Origin: Acidobacteriota bacterium | Lineage (GTDB): Bacteria > Acidobacteriota > Terriglobia > Terriglobales > Acidobacteriaceae | Direction: 5' to 3' | Assembly: GCA_025353435.1 (NCBI GenBank) | Contig: JANXQR010000171.1 | Location: 1-37,119, forward strand | DNA: 37,119 nt | Part shown: positions 1 through 11,600 of the stretch, in pieces | How positions within the stretch are numbered: the first letter of the stretch is position 1 | Layout of the letters: each line of letters opens with the position of its first letter | The notes under the pieces: generated by a model | The model's input: the letters and a program-made list of their open reading frames with translations, nothing else | The model's database searches: none | Told to the model about the DNA's origin: nothing | Program-made: the position numbers and the translations under genes

Positions 1-497
1 AGCGAGATGGCGATGGCGTCGACTTGGGCGCCGCGGATTTTTTCGACGAGTGCGGCGAGGTCGGCGGGATCGATGGGCAGGATGCATTCGCCTTTGGCGG
101 AGGTGCGCTCCGCGATGCCGAAACGAAGGTCTGCTGGGACGAGGCACTCAGGCGCTGGTTGGAACCAATCGTAGAGGAGGGGGCGTGCCTGACGGCCGAT
201 GGCGAGGGTGTCTTCAAAGCCGCGCGTAGTGATGAAGGCGACGCGGGCACCGGTGCGCTCGAGCATGGTGTTGGTGCCGACGGTGGTGCCGTGGCGGACG
301 ACGACGCCGGAGCCCGCGCCGATTTGGTTGAGTCCTTGAAGGACGGCAGTGCCGGGATCGTGCGGCGTGGAGAAGACTTTGAGCGCGACAAGTTTGCCGT
401 CACGCAGCGTGACGCAGTCGGTGAAGGTTCCGCCAGTGTCGATGGCGACGCGCGGGGTTCGGTTTTGTTGTGGAGGTGCGTAGGCGCTTGTCGGCAT
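1..497 (-). CDS. Hydantoinase A / 5-oxoprolinase family protein (N-terminal part, runs off the window start)
   Basis: Not in the ORF track. Manual translation from ATG 497: MPTSAYAPPQQNRTPRVAIDTGGTFTDCV...KVFSTPHDP...RHGTTVGTNTMLERTGARVAFITTRGFEDTLAIGRQARPLLYD. DTGGTFTD, HGTTxxTN and ITTxGFxD are family hallmarks. The frame stays open to position 1. Confidence 0.93.
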   Translation of the reverse strand, partial: MPTSAYAPPQQNRTPRVAIDTGGTFTDCVTLRDGKLVALKVFSTPHDPGTAVLQGLNQIGAGSGVVVRHGTTVGTNTMLERTGARVAFITTRGFEDTLAIGRQARPLLYDWFQPAPECLVPADLRFGIAERTSAKGECILPIDPADLAALVEKIRGAQVDAIAIS

Positions 498-729
498 GTG
501 TTTTCGGCGAGGAGGTTGCGAACGATGCTCGTGTGAATTATTGCAGATTGGAAGAATGGGGTTGATCGCCACGTCCGGTGGAGCCAGCTGGTGTTCCGCA
601 AGGGGCCGGATGCATGGGCGGCCGACGGGTGAAAACTCATGGAACGCCTGCAAAGGATCAAGTCAATCTCAAGTAAGGGAATGCCCTATCGCATAGAAGC
701 AAGCAGATTCGTCTAGAATCGGCCTTAAT

Positions 730-1644
730 ATGGACAAGCTTTCGCAGGTTGGCGCATTGAATGCGCGATTCGGGATTGCCGGAGTGGCGCAGGTGGTTGC
801 GGGCAAAGGCGGATTGCCAATGGTGCGCGTGATGACTGGGGTGGCAACGGCGGAAATCTCACTTTACGGGGCGCAGGTAACGAAGTGGAAGCCGGCGGGC
901 GCGGCGGAGGTGCTGTTCCTGAGCGAAAAATCGTATTGGGATGTAGGGCACCCGATACGCGGAGGGATTCCGGTCTGCTTTCCGTGGTTCGGCGACAAGG
1001 CGGATGATGCAAGCGCGCCGAAGCACGGATTTGTACGCACCAAGCAATGGCGACTCGATTCGTTGAGTGCTCTCGATGATGGATCGGTGACGGTGATGTG
1101 CATCACGGAGAGTGACGCAACGACGCGCCCGAGGTGGCCGCACGATTTCTGCGTGGCGTATCGCATTACGGTGGGGACCAGGCTTCGGCTTGAGCTTACG
1201 GTAATCAACAGGGGCAAGACCGCGATGCGATTCGAGGAGGCGCTGCACAGCTATCTTCGCGTGGGCAAGGTGGGCGAAGTGGCGGTGCGGGGGCTGGACG
1301 GGGCCGCATACCTGGACAAGAACGATGAATTCCGCGAGAAGATACAGACTGGTGATATAAATTTGACAGGCCCAACGGACCACATCTATCTAAAATCGAG
1401 TGGAACCGTCGAAGTAATTGATGCTGTTCTGAAACGGATTGTACGCACGGAAAAGGTGAACTCCGCTACCACGGTGGTGTGGAATCCGTGGGCGGAACAG
1501 GCGGCGAAGATCTCTGATTTTGGCAACGACGAATGGCAGGGGATGGTGTGTGTGGAGGGCAGCAACGTGCAGGCTGCGGCGATTGAACTGAATCCGGGAG
1601 AAGAACATACGCTGCGCGTCACGCTTAGCGCGCTACCCGCATAG
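730..1644 (+). CDS. D-hexose-6-phosphate mutarotase (aldose 1-epimerase family, YeaD-like)
   Basis: Motifs GAQVTKW, IRGGIPVCFPWFG, HGFVR, ALHSY, TVVWNPW, MVCVE. Confidence 0.92.
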   Translation: MDKLSQVGALNARFGIAGVAQVVAGKGGLPMVRVMTGVATAEISLYGAQVTKWKPAGAAEVLFLSEKSYWDVGHPIRGGIPVCFPWFGDKADDASAPKHGFVRTKQWRLDSLSALDDGSVTVMCITESDATTRPRWPHDFCVAYRITVGTRLRLELTVINRGKTAMRFEEALHSYLRVGKVGEVAVRGLDGAAYLDKNDEFREKIQTGDINLTGPTDHIYLKSSGTVEVIDAVLKRIVRTEKVNSATTVVWNPWAEQAAKISDFGNDEWQGMVCVEGSNVQAAAIELNPGEEHTLRVTLSALPA

Positions 1645-2531
1645 GCGGCATGGGATGCGAGGCGCAAAGGGACGAATAAGTGGCTGAGCAGATATGGGCG
1701 GGATTGGGGCGGACGCCGGAGTTAAGGAATGTCTGTCTACGGCCGTTAAGATACAGAAACACAGAAGCCAATTTCGCGGGAAGTTGACGCCGTTGGAAAA
1801 CAGCGGAAGGGGTTGGTGCGGGCAAGCAGATTTCTGTGCTGTCTTTTGTGTCGTCTCCGGGAGTCTCAGTTCACCTATTGGGACTATTTCTGATTGGCAC
1901 TGAAATAATAATGTGAAATTTCGATCAATCATGTTCATGCATCACAGCGGATTGATGAGTGGATCAGAGATGATGAGATTTCGGGATTTGCAAAATGATG
2001 GAAAGAATCCTCACATCATTGAGCTTTCAACAATGCGGTTGAGGGAAAGGGTTACAGGATCGATAGCCGTGAAAGCGACGTTGATCGAAGAAGTGAACAT
2101 GATGCAGTTGTAATCAACGATGCGTATCCTGAATGATGCGACTAACATGCAAGTATCTGGCATTCGTGCTGGGATTGTGATTCGCACCAGTTAACAAGGA
2201 CGCGGAGATTATGTTTGCGGAGTGAACATCAAAGCGATTATTCTTGACTTTGCGGTTGAGTGGTGGGGAACCGGGGCTAACAGACTGAATTAAGGATCAC
2301 GATTACGTGTTTTTTGACACAGGGAGAGAAGTCTGTGCAGGTGTAAGAAGGGGATCGCACACGGGTGTATGCGCTGGAAATAGATACGGGCTTTGCGAGG
2401 TCGGGATGTATAAGGGAGTTAGTCACTCAAAGTGGCATTTGTAAGTTCCGAGCCTTGAATGTGCGAAGTGTAAGGTGTTCGCCGAAGAAGCAATGAACGA
2501 CTGATTGTTCAACATGTGGCTGGGCAAGTTG

Positions 2532-2544
2532 CAACACTGTGTTG
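2532..2544. promoter_or_regulatory. Palindrome CAACAC-T-GTGTTG, candidate operator upstream of the sugar transferase
   Basis: Perfect 6-1-6 inverted repeat, flanked by GCAA...TTGC, about 160 bp upstream of ATG 2701. Function is inferred only. Confidence 0.3.
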
Positions 2545-2700
2545 ATTTGCACGTTTACGATCATCCCCGGAGGCAATCAGGCCTGACGCGTAGTTAAGAA
2601 TTTGCGTCTAAGTTAATAGTGGTGCGCACCAATTAGTAATTTGGTTACGCAGATTTTGGCGCGCCTTCGCTGATAGCAGCATGATCGATTTGGAGGGATC

Positions 2701-3594
2701 ATGAGCTCCAATCCGGGGTTTTCCGGTGTATCAGAAACATCTAAGCTTAAGGTCATATCTAATCACGGTGCAGAATCTTCAGTATGGGGCGCGCAATCGT
2801 CGTTTCATGCAGAAGTGAATGGCGTCGACAAGGCGTTTGTAAATCAAGCGAAGCCGCTGAGCGTGTGGTCAGCTTCTGCGTGGAAGCGGAAGTTCGATAT
2901 TGCGTGTGTACTCTGCTCGCTGCCCTTGACGGTGCCAATTTTCCTTTTGATAGGCCTGGCGGTACGGATCACTTCGCCGGGACCGGTACTGTTCCGCCAA
3001 TTACGGATGGGCAGAGATGGGCAGCTGTTTACGATTTTCAAGTTCCGCACGATGCCGGTGCGTCGCAGTACCACCAATCGTCCTTCGGTTACGACCTCGA
3101 TCAACCAGAGGTTCACGCCTGTTGGTGCGTTTTTGCGCCGCTGGAAGATGGATGAGCTGCCACAATTGATCAACGTACTGCGCGGGGATATGAGTGTTGT
3201 TGGTCCGCGGCCGAAGCTGACGGATCACCAGACCAGGCGATTGAACTGCCGGCCCGGGATTACGGGGCGAGCGACAATCGTGTTTGCACGCGAAGAGATG
3301 GTGTTATCGCCGTTACCGAGCTGCGAATTGGAAGGGGTCTACCACAAGGTGGTTTTGCCCCTGAAGCAGCTGCTGGACGAAGGGTATATGGCCGAAGCAA
3401 CCTTTGTTTCCGATATAAAGCTCATCTTTAACAGTGTGTTCCGCCGGTGGGAAGATCTTGAGTTGCGCCATCTTATCCAGATGCACCCGGAGTTTGCCTT
3501 GCAGATGCGGAGGCAGGCAGAGAAGCCGGTGAACGTTCCCGTGGTGCTGGCTCATACGCAGTCACCGTTGCGCGGTGAGTTTCAGGCCGACTGA
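2701..3594 (+). CDS. Bacterial sugar transferase (monotopic phosphoglycosyl transferase, PglC/WbaP C-terminal type)
   Basis: KRKFDI followed by a hydrophobic helix, SPGPVLFRQ, FTIFKFRTM, DELPQLINVLRGDMSVVGPRP, RPGITG. GGAGG RBS precedes the ATG. Confidence 0.92.
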   Translation: MSSNPGFSGVSETSKLKVISNHGAESSVWGAQSSFHAEVNGVDKAFVNQAKPLSVWSASAWKRKFDIACVLCSLPLTVPIFLLIGLAVRITSPGPVLFRQLRMGRDGQLFTIFKFRTMPVRRSTTNRPSVTTSINQRFTPVGAFLRRWKMDELPQLINVLRGDMSVVGPRPKLTDHQTRRLNCRPGITGRATIVFAREEMVLSPLPSCELEGVYHKVVLPLKQLLDEGYMAEATFVSDIKLIFNSVFRRWEDLELRHLIQMHPEFALQMRRQAEKPVNVPVVLAHTQSPLRGEFQAD

Positions 3595-3676
3595 CGAACG
3601 GGATGCGAGGCGATTTGGCCGAATCCGCGCTAGTTCTGGAATTTGCCGACTGCTGAAGCGGATTAACCGTAAGCTA

Positions 3677-3712
3677 CGATGGCCCAGCTTAATCGCTGGG
3701 CCATTGCTTTTT
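3677..3712 (+). terminator. Intrinsic terminator between convergent genes
   Basis: 10-bp stem ATGGCCCAGC / GCTGGGCCAT, 6-nt loop, followed by TGCTTTTT. Confidence 0.7.
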
Positions 3713-4104
3713 CAGCAGACTGTCCCCTGATTCGGGTGCGGAAACGTGTCGTGATTTTCCGGCGCGGACTTGTCCAGACAAGCGAAGTCTTTTTCCACGG
3801 CGAGTTCGAGTTGGCCAACGCCGGTGTTGATGGTCGCGTACAAACCTACTTCGGTTCCTGCTGCCCAGGCGCGGGCTTGGCTGGCGGCGAGCACGACCAC
3901 AACCTCCTGAGGTTGATAGCGGACAGTCATTGCGGTGCCAAGCGCGGGATCTCCTGAAGCAGTGAGGAGTGCGTAGGTAAGTCTTGCATCGCGCTGCGGG
4001 CCGAAGTGGATTGTCTCTTCGATGCGGCCGGACTGGAGCAGTTGGGACATCTCGCCAGGTGAGATGCGCAGCCGCAACGAGTCTCCCTTGATTCGCAATT
4101 TCAT
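3712..4104 (-). CDS. Conserved hypothetical protein (about 130 aa, MKLRIKGDSLRLR N-terminus; DUF7009-like from memory)
   Basis: Start reassigned to ATG 4104. The N-terminal MKLRIxGxSLRLR and C-terminal VEKDFACLD...DTFPHP pattern resembles a conserved uncharacterised family. Family name is uncertain. Confidence 0.75.
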   Translation of the reverse strand: MKLRIKGDSLRLRISPGEMSQLLQSGRIEETIHFGPQRDARLTYALLTASGDPALGTAMTVRYQPQEVVVVLAASQARAWAAGTEVGLYATINTGVGQLELAVEKDFACLDKSAPENHDTFPHPNQGTVC

Positions 4105-4257
4105 CTTGCTTCCCCGTGAATCCGTGGCGAGACGCCAGTATTCCTCGCACACTCTGTGTGACTGGATGCTAACGAACGGCGGGGTCGCGGAGCAACTCGC
4201 CACTGATTCTGGCACGGGCGACGACTGTACGCGAGGGCGCAGGGTATCATGGCATCC

Positions 4258-5544
4258 ATGCCGCCTTGTTTGATGCTTTTCAGGGCAATCATCTTCAGTG
4301 CGCTTTTCCTATTTCAACTGAACTCAGCGTGTACCCAGGAGACAGCGGCTTCGCGCTCCCCGATCGACGAACTCCATCGACGCTTCGACGCCGAATTGAT
4401 TGCTCATGGAGTTGTCGGCGGCGGATTCACGTTGGTGCGGCAAGGCAAGCCGGCTGAGGCGTTCTTCGCCGGCGAGGCGAATCGCGAGACGCACGAGCGG
4501 GTCGATGCGGCAACAACCTATAACTGGGCATCGATCACCAAGACCATGACGGCGATCGCGATTCTGCAGTTGCGCGATCGGGGCAAGCTCTCGCTCGATG
4601 ATCCAGCGGTGAAATATGTGCCGGAGTTGCGTCAGGTGCACGATGGGTTTGGATCGATCGATGCGGTCACGATTCGCGAATTGCTGACGCACAGCGCGGG
4701 GTTTCGCAATCCGACGTGGCCTTGGGACTGCGACGACGCGAAGGACTGCGATTGGCAGCCGTTTGAACCCACCAAGTGGGCGCAGGTGGCGGCGATGCTT
4801 CCCTATACGCACATTTCATTCAAGCCTGGCAGCAAGTGGAGCTATTCCAATCTTGGATACGTTTTTCTTGGGCAGGTTATCGAGCGCATCAGCGGCGATG
4901 ACTTTGAAGTGTACGTCGACGAGAATATCTTGAAGCCACTGGGGATGACGGAGAGCTACTTCGATCGCGCTCCGTACTTTCTTGAGAGCCATGTGGCGGC
5001 AAGCTATCTGCGGGCGGGTGACAAACTTACGCCGCAGCCGGTGAACTTTGACACGGGCATTACCACTTCGAACAGCGGATTGAAAGCGCCGATCACGGAT
5101 ATGGAAAAGTACGCGCGCTTCCTGATCGGCGCTCCGGGTAACGAGCGGTATGAGGAGGTGCTGAAGGGGAGTTCCCTGGAAGAGGCGTGGACGGGCGTGC
5201 TGCCGGCCAAGCAAGAGGGGCAGCCCGCGACACCGTACACGTCCGGGTCGCACGGATCGCCGCCGCAGATGGGGTTGGGATTCTTCGTCCTGAACGTGGA
5301 CGGACATCGCTACGTTTATCACGACGGTGACCAGGGCGGGTTTTCGGCGGAGTTGATTGTGGATACTGGAGGCAAGTGCGCAGCCATGCTGGTGGTGAAT
5401 ACGACGGACACCGGTGCTCAGGCAGCGACCGAAGCGACGCACGCGGTTTCGAATACAGAGCCCGATCCGCGAAGCGATCTTCGGCTGGCGATACGGGCCA
5501 CTCTGATCGATTCTTTTTTTGCGGCGTATGCCGGCGGGAAATGA
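4258..5544 (+). CDS. Secreted serine hydrolase, beta-lactamase/D-peptidase-like fold (class C / Pfam Beta-lactamase)
   Basis: SxxK (ASITK), LLTHSAG, YxN (WSYSN), HxG (YHDG) and an N-terminal hydrophobic signal. The start could be 4249, 4258 or 4273. Confidence 0.9.
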   Translation: MPPCLMLFRAIIFSALFLFQLNSACTQETAASRSPIDELHRRFDAELIAHGVVGGGFTLVRQGKPAEAFFAGEANRETHERVDAATTYNWASITKTMTAIAILQLRDRGKLSLDDPAVKYVPELRQVHDGFGSIDAVTIRELLTHSAGFRNPTWPWDCDDAKDCDWQPFEPTKWAQVAAMLPYTHISFKPGSKWSYSNLGYVFLGQVIERISGDDFEVYVDENILKPLGMTESYFDRAPYFLESHVAASYLRAGDKLTPQPVNFDTGITTSNSGLKAPITDMEKYARFLIGAPGNERYEEVLKGSSLEEAWTGVLPAKQEGQPATPYTSGSHGSPPQMGLGFFVLNVDGHRYVYHDGDQGGFSAELIVDTGGKCAAMLVVNTTDTGAQAATEATHAVSNTEPDPRSDLRLAIRATLIDSFFAAYAGGK

Positions 5545-5550
5545 ATCGAA

Positions 5551-6219
5551 CTATTTCGAATCGCTGCTGTTGCCGATGTCCATGGAAGGCGAGATGGGAT
5601 TGCCCTCGTCGATCATGGATTCGATGCAGTCGCTGAGAATGCCTTTGGCGTCGAGGATGAAGTCGATGGCGTCGCGACCTGCACCGTAGCCACCACGGTT
5701 GGGGGTAATGTAATGTGCTGCGGCCTTCACTTGCTCACGGGCGTTGGCAACCGCGATCGCAAACCCGCACTGGCGCATGACGGGAAGATCGATGACATCG
5801 TCGCCGACGTATGCAATTTCGTCAAGGGTCACGTTTTCTTTCTCCATGATTTCGCGAATCGGCTTCATCTTGAAGGCCTGGCCCATGTAGACATATTCGA
5901 TCTTGAGATCGCGCATGCGGGTTGTTACAGTCTCGCTGATGCGCTTGGTGATGACGCCGCACTTGATGCCGCCGATGCGGGCAAGCGAGATGCCGGCTCC
6001 GTCATGCGCGCTGTAACCTTTGGCTTCCATCATGGTGTCGGATTGGATACCGAATCCGGCGCCGCCGTCGTTGCCGGGGAACTGATGCTGTGGCGGCTGA
6101 GAAGCTCCCTCTTTTGCGGGTGCGGGAACGAGCCAGATGGTGCCGTCGGTGAGGACGCCGTCTACGTCGAAAATAATGATCTTGATGCGGCGCGCGCGTT
6201 CGGTCGCGGTTTTCGTCAT
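5551..6219 (-). CDS. kdsC: 3-deoxy-D-manno-octulosonate 8-phosphate phosphatase (HAD, KdsC/YrbI family)
   Basis: FDVDGVLTDG, HDGxGI, YVGDDVIDLPVM, GGYGAGRD. Confidence 0.88.
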   Translation of the reverse strand: MTKTATERARRIKIIIFDVDGVLTDGTIWLVPAPAKEGASQPPQHQFPGNDGGAGFGIQSDTMMEAKGYSAHDGAGISLARIGGIKCGVITKRISETVTTRMRDLKIEYVYMGQAFKMKPIREIMEKENVTLDEIAYVGDDVIDLPVMRQCGFAIAVANAREQVKAAAHYITPNRGGYGAGRDAIDFILDAKGILSDCIESMIDEGNPISPSMDIGNSSDSK

Positions 6220-6221
6220 AA

Positions 6222-8599
<2,378 letters not shown>

Positions 8600-8623
8600 C
8601 AAAAATCCTTTTCCCGATTCGAA

Positions 8624-11600
8624 CTAGAACCGGAAACGCGCGTTGAACTGGAACGAGCGCATGTTGGCGACGGAGCTTACCTGGCCAAAGTTGGAACTGC
8701 GCTGCGACTCGAGGCCTGAATAGAGGGTGGTGTACACGCCACTGTATTGCACGGTGTTGAAGACGTTGTCGGCCGTGGCGCGAAGCTCTATGCTGCGTGT
8801 GTCGCCAAACTGAATGGTCTTGGAGAGCGACATGCTATTGGATACTGTGCCGGGCCCGGTGATGGAGTTGCGCGATGCCGTACCGTAGAGGCCGGCGGGT
8901 TGCGTGAAGGCCGCGGTGTTGAACCATTGCTTCAACGAGCCGCCGCCCGCGGCGAGCGATACGCCGGGCACACGGTCGGGACGCAATGTGCCAGTAGTGC
9001 CGCGCGCTACATCAGAAATGCTGGCCTGATAAGTGGGCGTGAGCGGTGTACCGGTAGCGAAGGTGAAATTGCCGGAGACCGAAAAGCCTTCGAAGATGTG
9101 CGACGGCCGTCCGGTGGTGAGCCAGAACTTGTCTTTGCCGAAGGGAAGTTCATAGATGTAGTTGCCGCTGACTTTGTGGCGCTGATCGAATGTGGAATTG
9201 CCCTCGTCGGCAGCGATGTCCAGCCAGTTTTGGGCGACGATGCTCGAAGTGCCGCCGACCGAGCCGGCATCGTCGATGGAGTGCGAGTACTGGTAATTTG
9301 CGCCGAGCGAAATGCCGCTGGACATGCGCTTGTTGACGCGCAGCGTGCCCGCATTGAAGCGCGAGAACGCACCGTATTCCTCGAAGAAGAACGGGATGTT
9401 TGCGTGATCGGTGTTGGGGCTGCTTGGCACGGCGCGCGGCGCGATCTTCACATCGAGGTTGCTTCCGCGAGAGCCGTTATAGCCCACATTCATTACGATG
9501 CCCCAGGGCAGCGTCTTCTGCACATCAAGGTTGAATGCCTGCACGTAAGGCAGGTGGTAGTGCGGATTGACGGCGTAATTGCCGATGGCATTGGGCGCGG
9601 GAAATCCATTGGCGAGCGAGTAGCAGGCGACCTGCGGATTGGGGCAGGTGGTAGTGGCCTCGTTGGTCTGCTGGTTGGCGAAGGGCGGCTGGTGGGCCAT
9701 CGTGTTGGCAAAAGTGGAGTACTGGCTGACCGTGTAATTGATGCCGTAGCCACCGCGGATCACGGTCTGTTTGGGCAGGCGTAGCGCGAAGCCAAGGCGC
9801 GGAGCGATTGCGTACGGATAGGGCGAGACCAGCCCTCCAGGAAGCTTGCCGTAGTTGGGGCTGGTGGCACCGGCCTGGACTTGAGAGACGCTCGTGAATC
9901 CTTCGCTTGGATTGGTATCGACCATGGAGAGTCGGTTGTGTTTCTCCGTGTATGGCGCATAGAACTCGTAGCGAATGCCGTAGTTGAGCGTGAGCTTCGA
10001 GCTCGCGCGCCAGTCATCCTGCGCGTAGAGGTCGAATACGTTGTCGCGCAAGTAGCTTTTGTTTATTGAGGAATTGATGGAGGATTCCTGCGCCTCGCCA
10101 AGCAGGAAGTCTCCGAGAGAAGAGCCCGTGTAGAGGCCGGTGAAGTAGAAGGTGCCGGTGGCATTGCTGCCGCCAAGGAAGTCGCGATGCACGCGGCGAT
10201 AGTCGCCGCCGAAGCGGAAGTTGTGCTTGCCATGGATCCAGGCGAGCGTCTCGGAGAGCGAAATGGTTTGCCCGATGGAGAAGCTTGGTTGCGCCTGGTT
10301 AATACCGGTGAAGCTGGAAAGCACCACGCTTGGCAGGCCGTAGTTGAGAGGGCTTGCATTGAGCGCGCTGCCGCCGGGGCCGAGAATGCCCACCTGCGTG
10401 GCGATGTCATTGGCGCTGGTGAAGAAGTTGGTGGTGTGGGAGTTGGAGCGGTTCCAGTTGGCGTTGAAGATGCTGGTGAGCTTGCCCTTGCCCAGCGTGT
10501 ACCCGGCTTGGACGGAGTCAGAGTCCGAAGCAGTTTTGCCGCCGAGAGCCGGGACGATGTTTACATTGTCAGAGGCGGAGTGCGACCAGTTGTAATTGAC
10601 GTTAATGCTTTGGCGCAGTCCCGGCTGCGTTTGTTGCGCGTTTCGCCCGGACCGGCCACCGCCAGCACCACTGCCCATGCCGAAGTTCGAAGCGTTGGCG
10701 CCGAAGCTGCGCATGTAACGCACGCCGCCCTGCGTGGAGTTGGATTGCTGCGTGGTGAGGAGGTGGAAGTTCTGCGTATCGCCGGGCAGGTTTGGCTCGG
10801 GAATGTAATTGAGAAGCGCTACGGCCTGCGGCACCGGCGAGATGGGCGTTGCAAGGCCGGGAATATTTCCAGCGCGCTCAGCGAGTGTAGGCACGGTGGC
10901 GTATTGGTCCAGGGGGTTGGAGTTGCGCGAGCCTGAGATATTCAGGAACACAGAATCTTTGCCGCTGGGTTTGGTGACGCCGGGAATGAATGGCGCTCCC
11001 ATGAGGGTGAGACCAAAGCGATTGGTTCCCGATGCGGGCTGCTGCTGGGATTGTCCGCGCAGACTGAATGGTTCCGCATTGAGCGCGGAGTTGCTGCCGG
11101 ACCAGAAGACGGCTCCGTGGGGCTGGCTGGGGTTGAAGTTACGGAAGTTTCCGAAGCCACCACCGCCGCCGGGGCCGCCGCCGCCGAACATGGGACCGCC
11201 TCCACCAAAGCCACCACCGCCAAATCCGCCACCACCGCCGAAGAGGCCTCCCCCCGGGCCGCCGCCCTGCCCGCCAAATTGCGAGCGCATGGTTTCCATC
11301 ATGTCGCGCAGGCGGTCCATATCGACGCCGGCCATGGGGCTGACGGAGCCGGCCTGGCCCGAGATGGCTACCGAGTCGCCGCTGAAGTCGGAATTGCCGG
11401 CAGCGGAAGGAAGTACGGCTCCACTTCCGGACCCGCCTGACGCCGACCCGCCAGCGGCGATGTCTCCTGTGACTGTGCTCAGCAAGCTCAGGTTTTGCGG
11501 GCCGTTGGCTGCAAGCTGGCGAATGGCCTGTGCCATTTGATTCTGCTGTCCTTCCTGCTGCTTCTCCTGTGCGGCGGCGCGCGACGCCAGCATCAGGTCG

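Noticed and set aside
24-536. 170-aa + strand ORF
   Set aside because: Antisense shadow of the minus-strand hydantoinase/oxoprolinase gene.
1633-2113. Short ORFs in the long intergenic region (101, 69 and 66 aa)
   Set aside because: No recognisable motifs, atypical composition, no convincing RBS, and they overlap one another.
11140-11275. CCG/CCA-rich repeats as a CRISPR array or DNA-level tandem repeat
   Set aside because: No constant repeat-spacer periodicity. Third positions vary, as expected for a Gly-rich coding tract.
8747-11540. Long + strand ORFs (345, 249 and 243 aa), including a poly-Pro one
   Set aside because: Antisense frames of the high-GC receptor gene. The poly-Pro tract simply mirrors the Gly codons.
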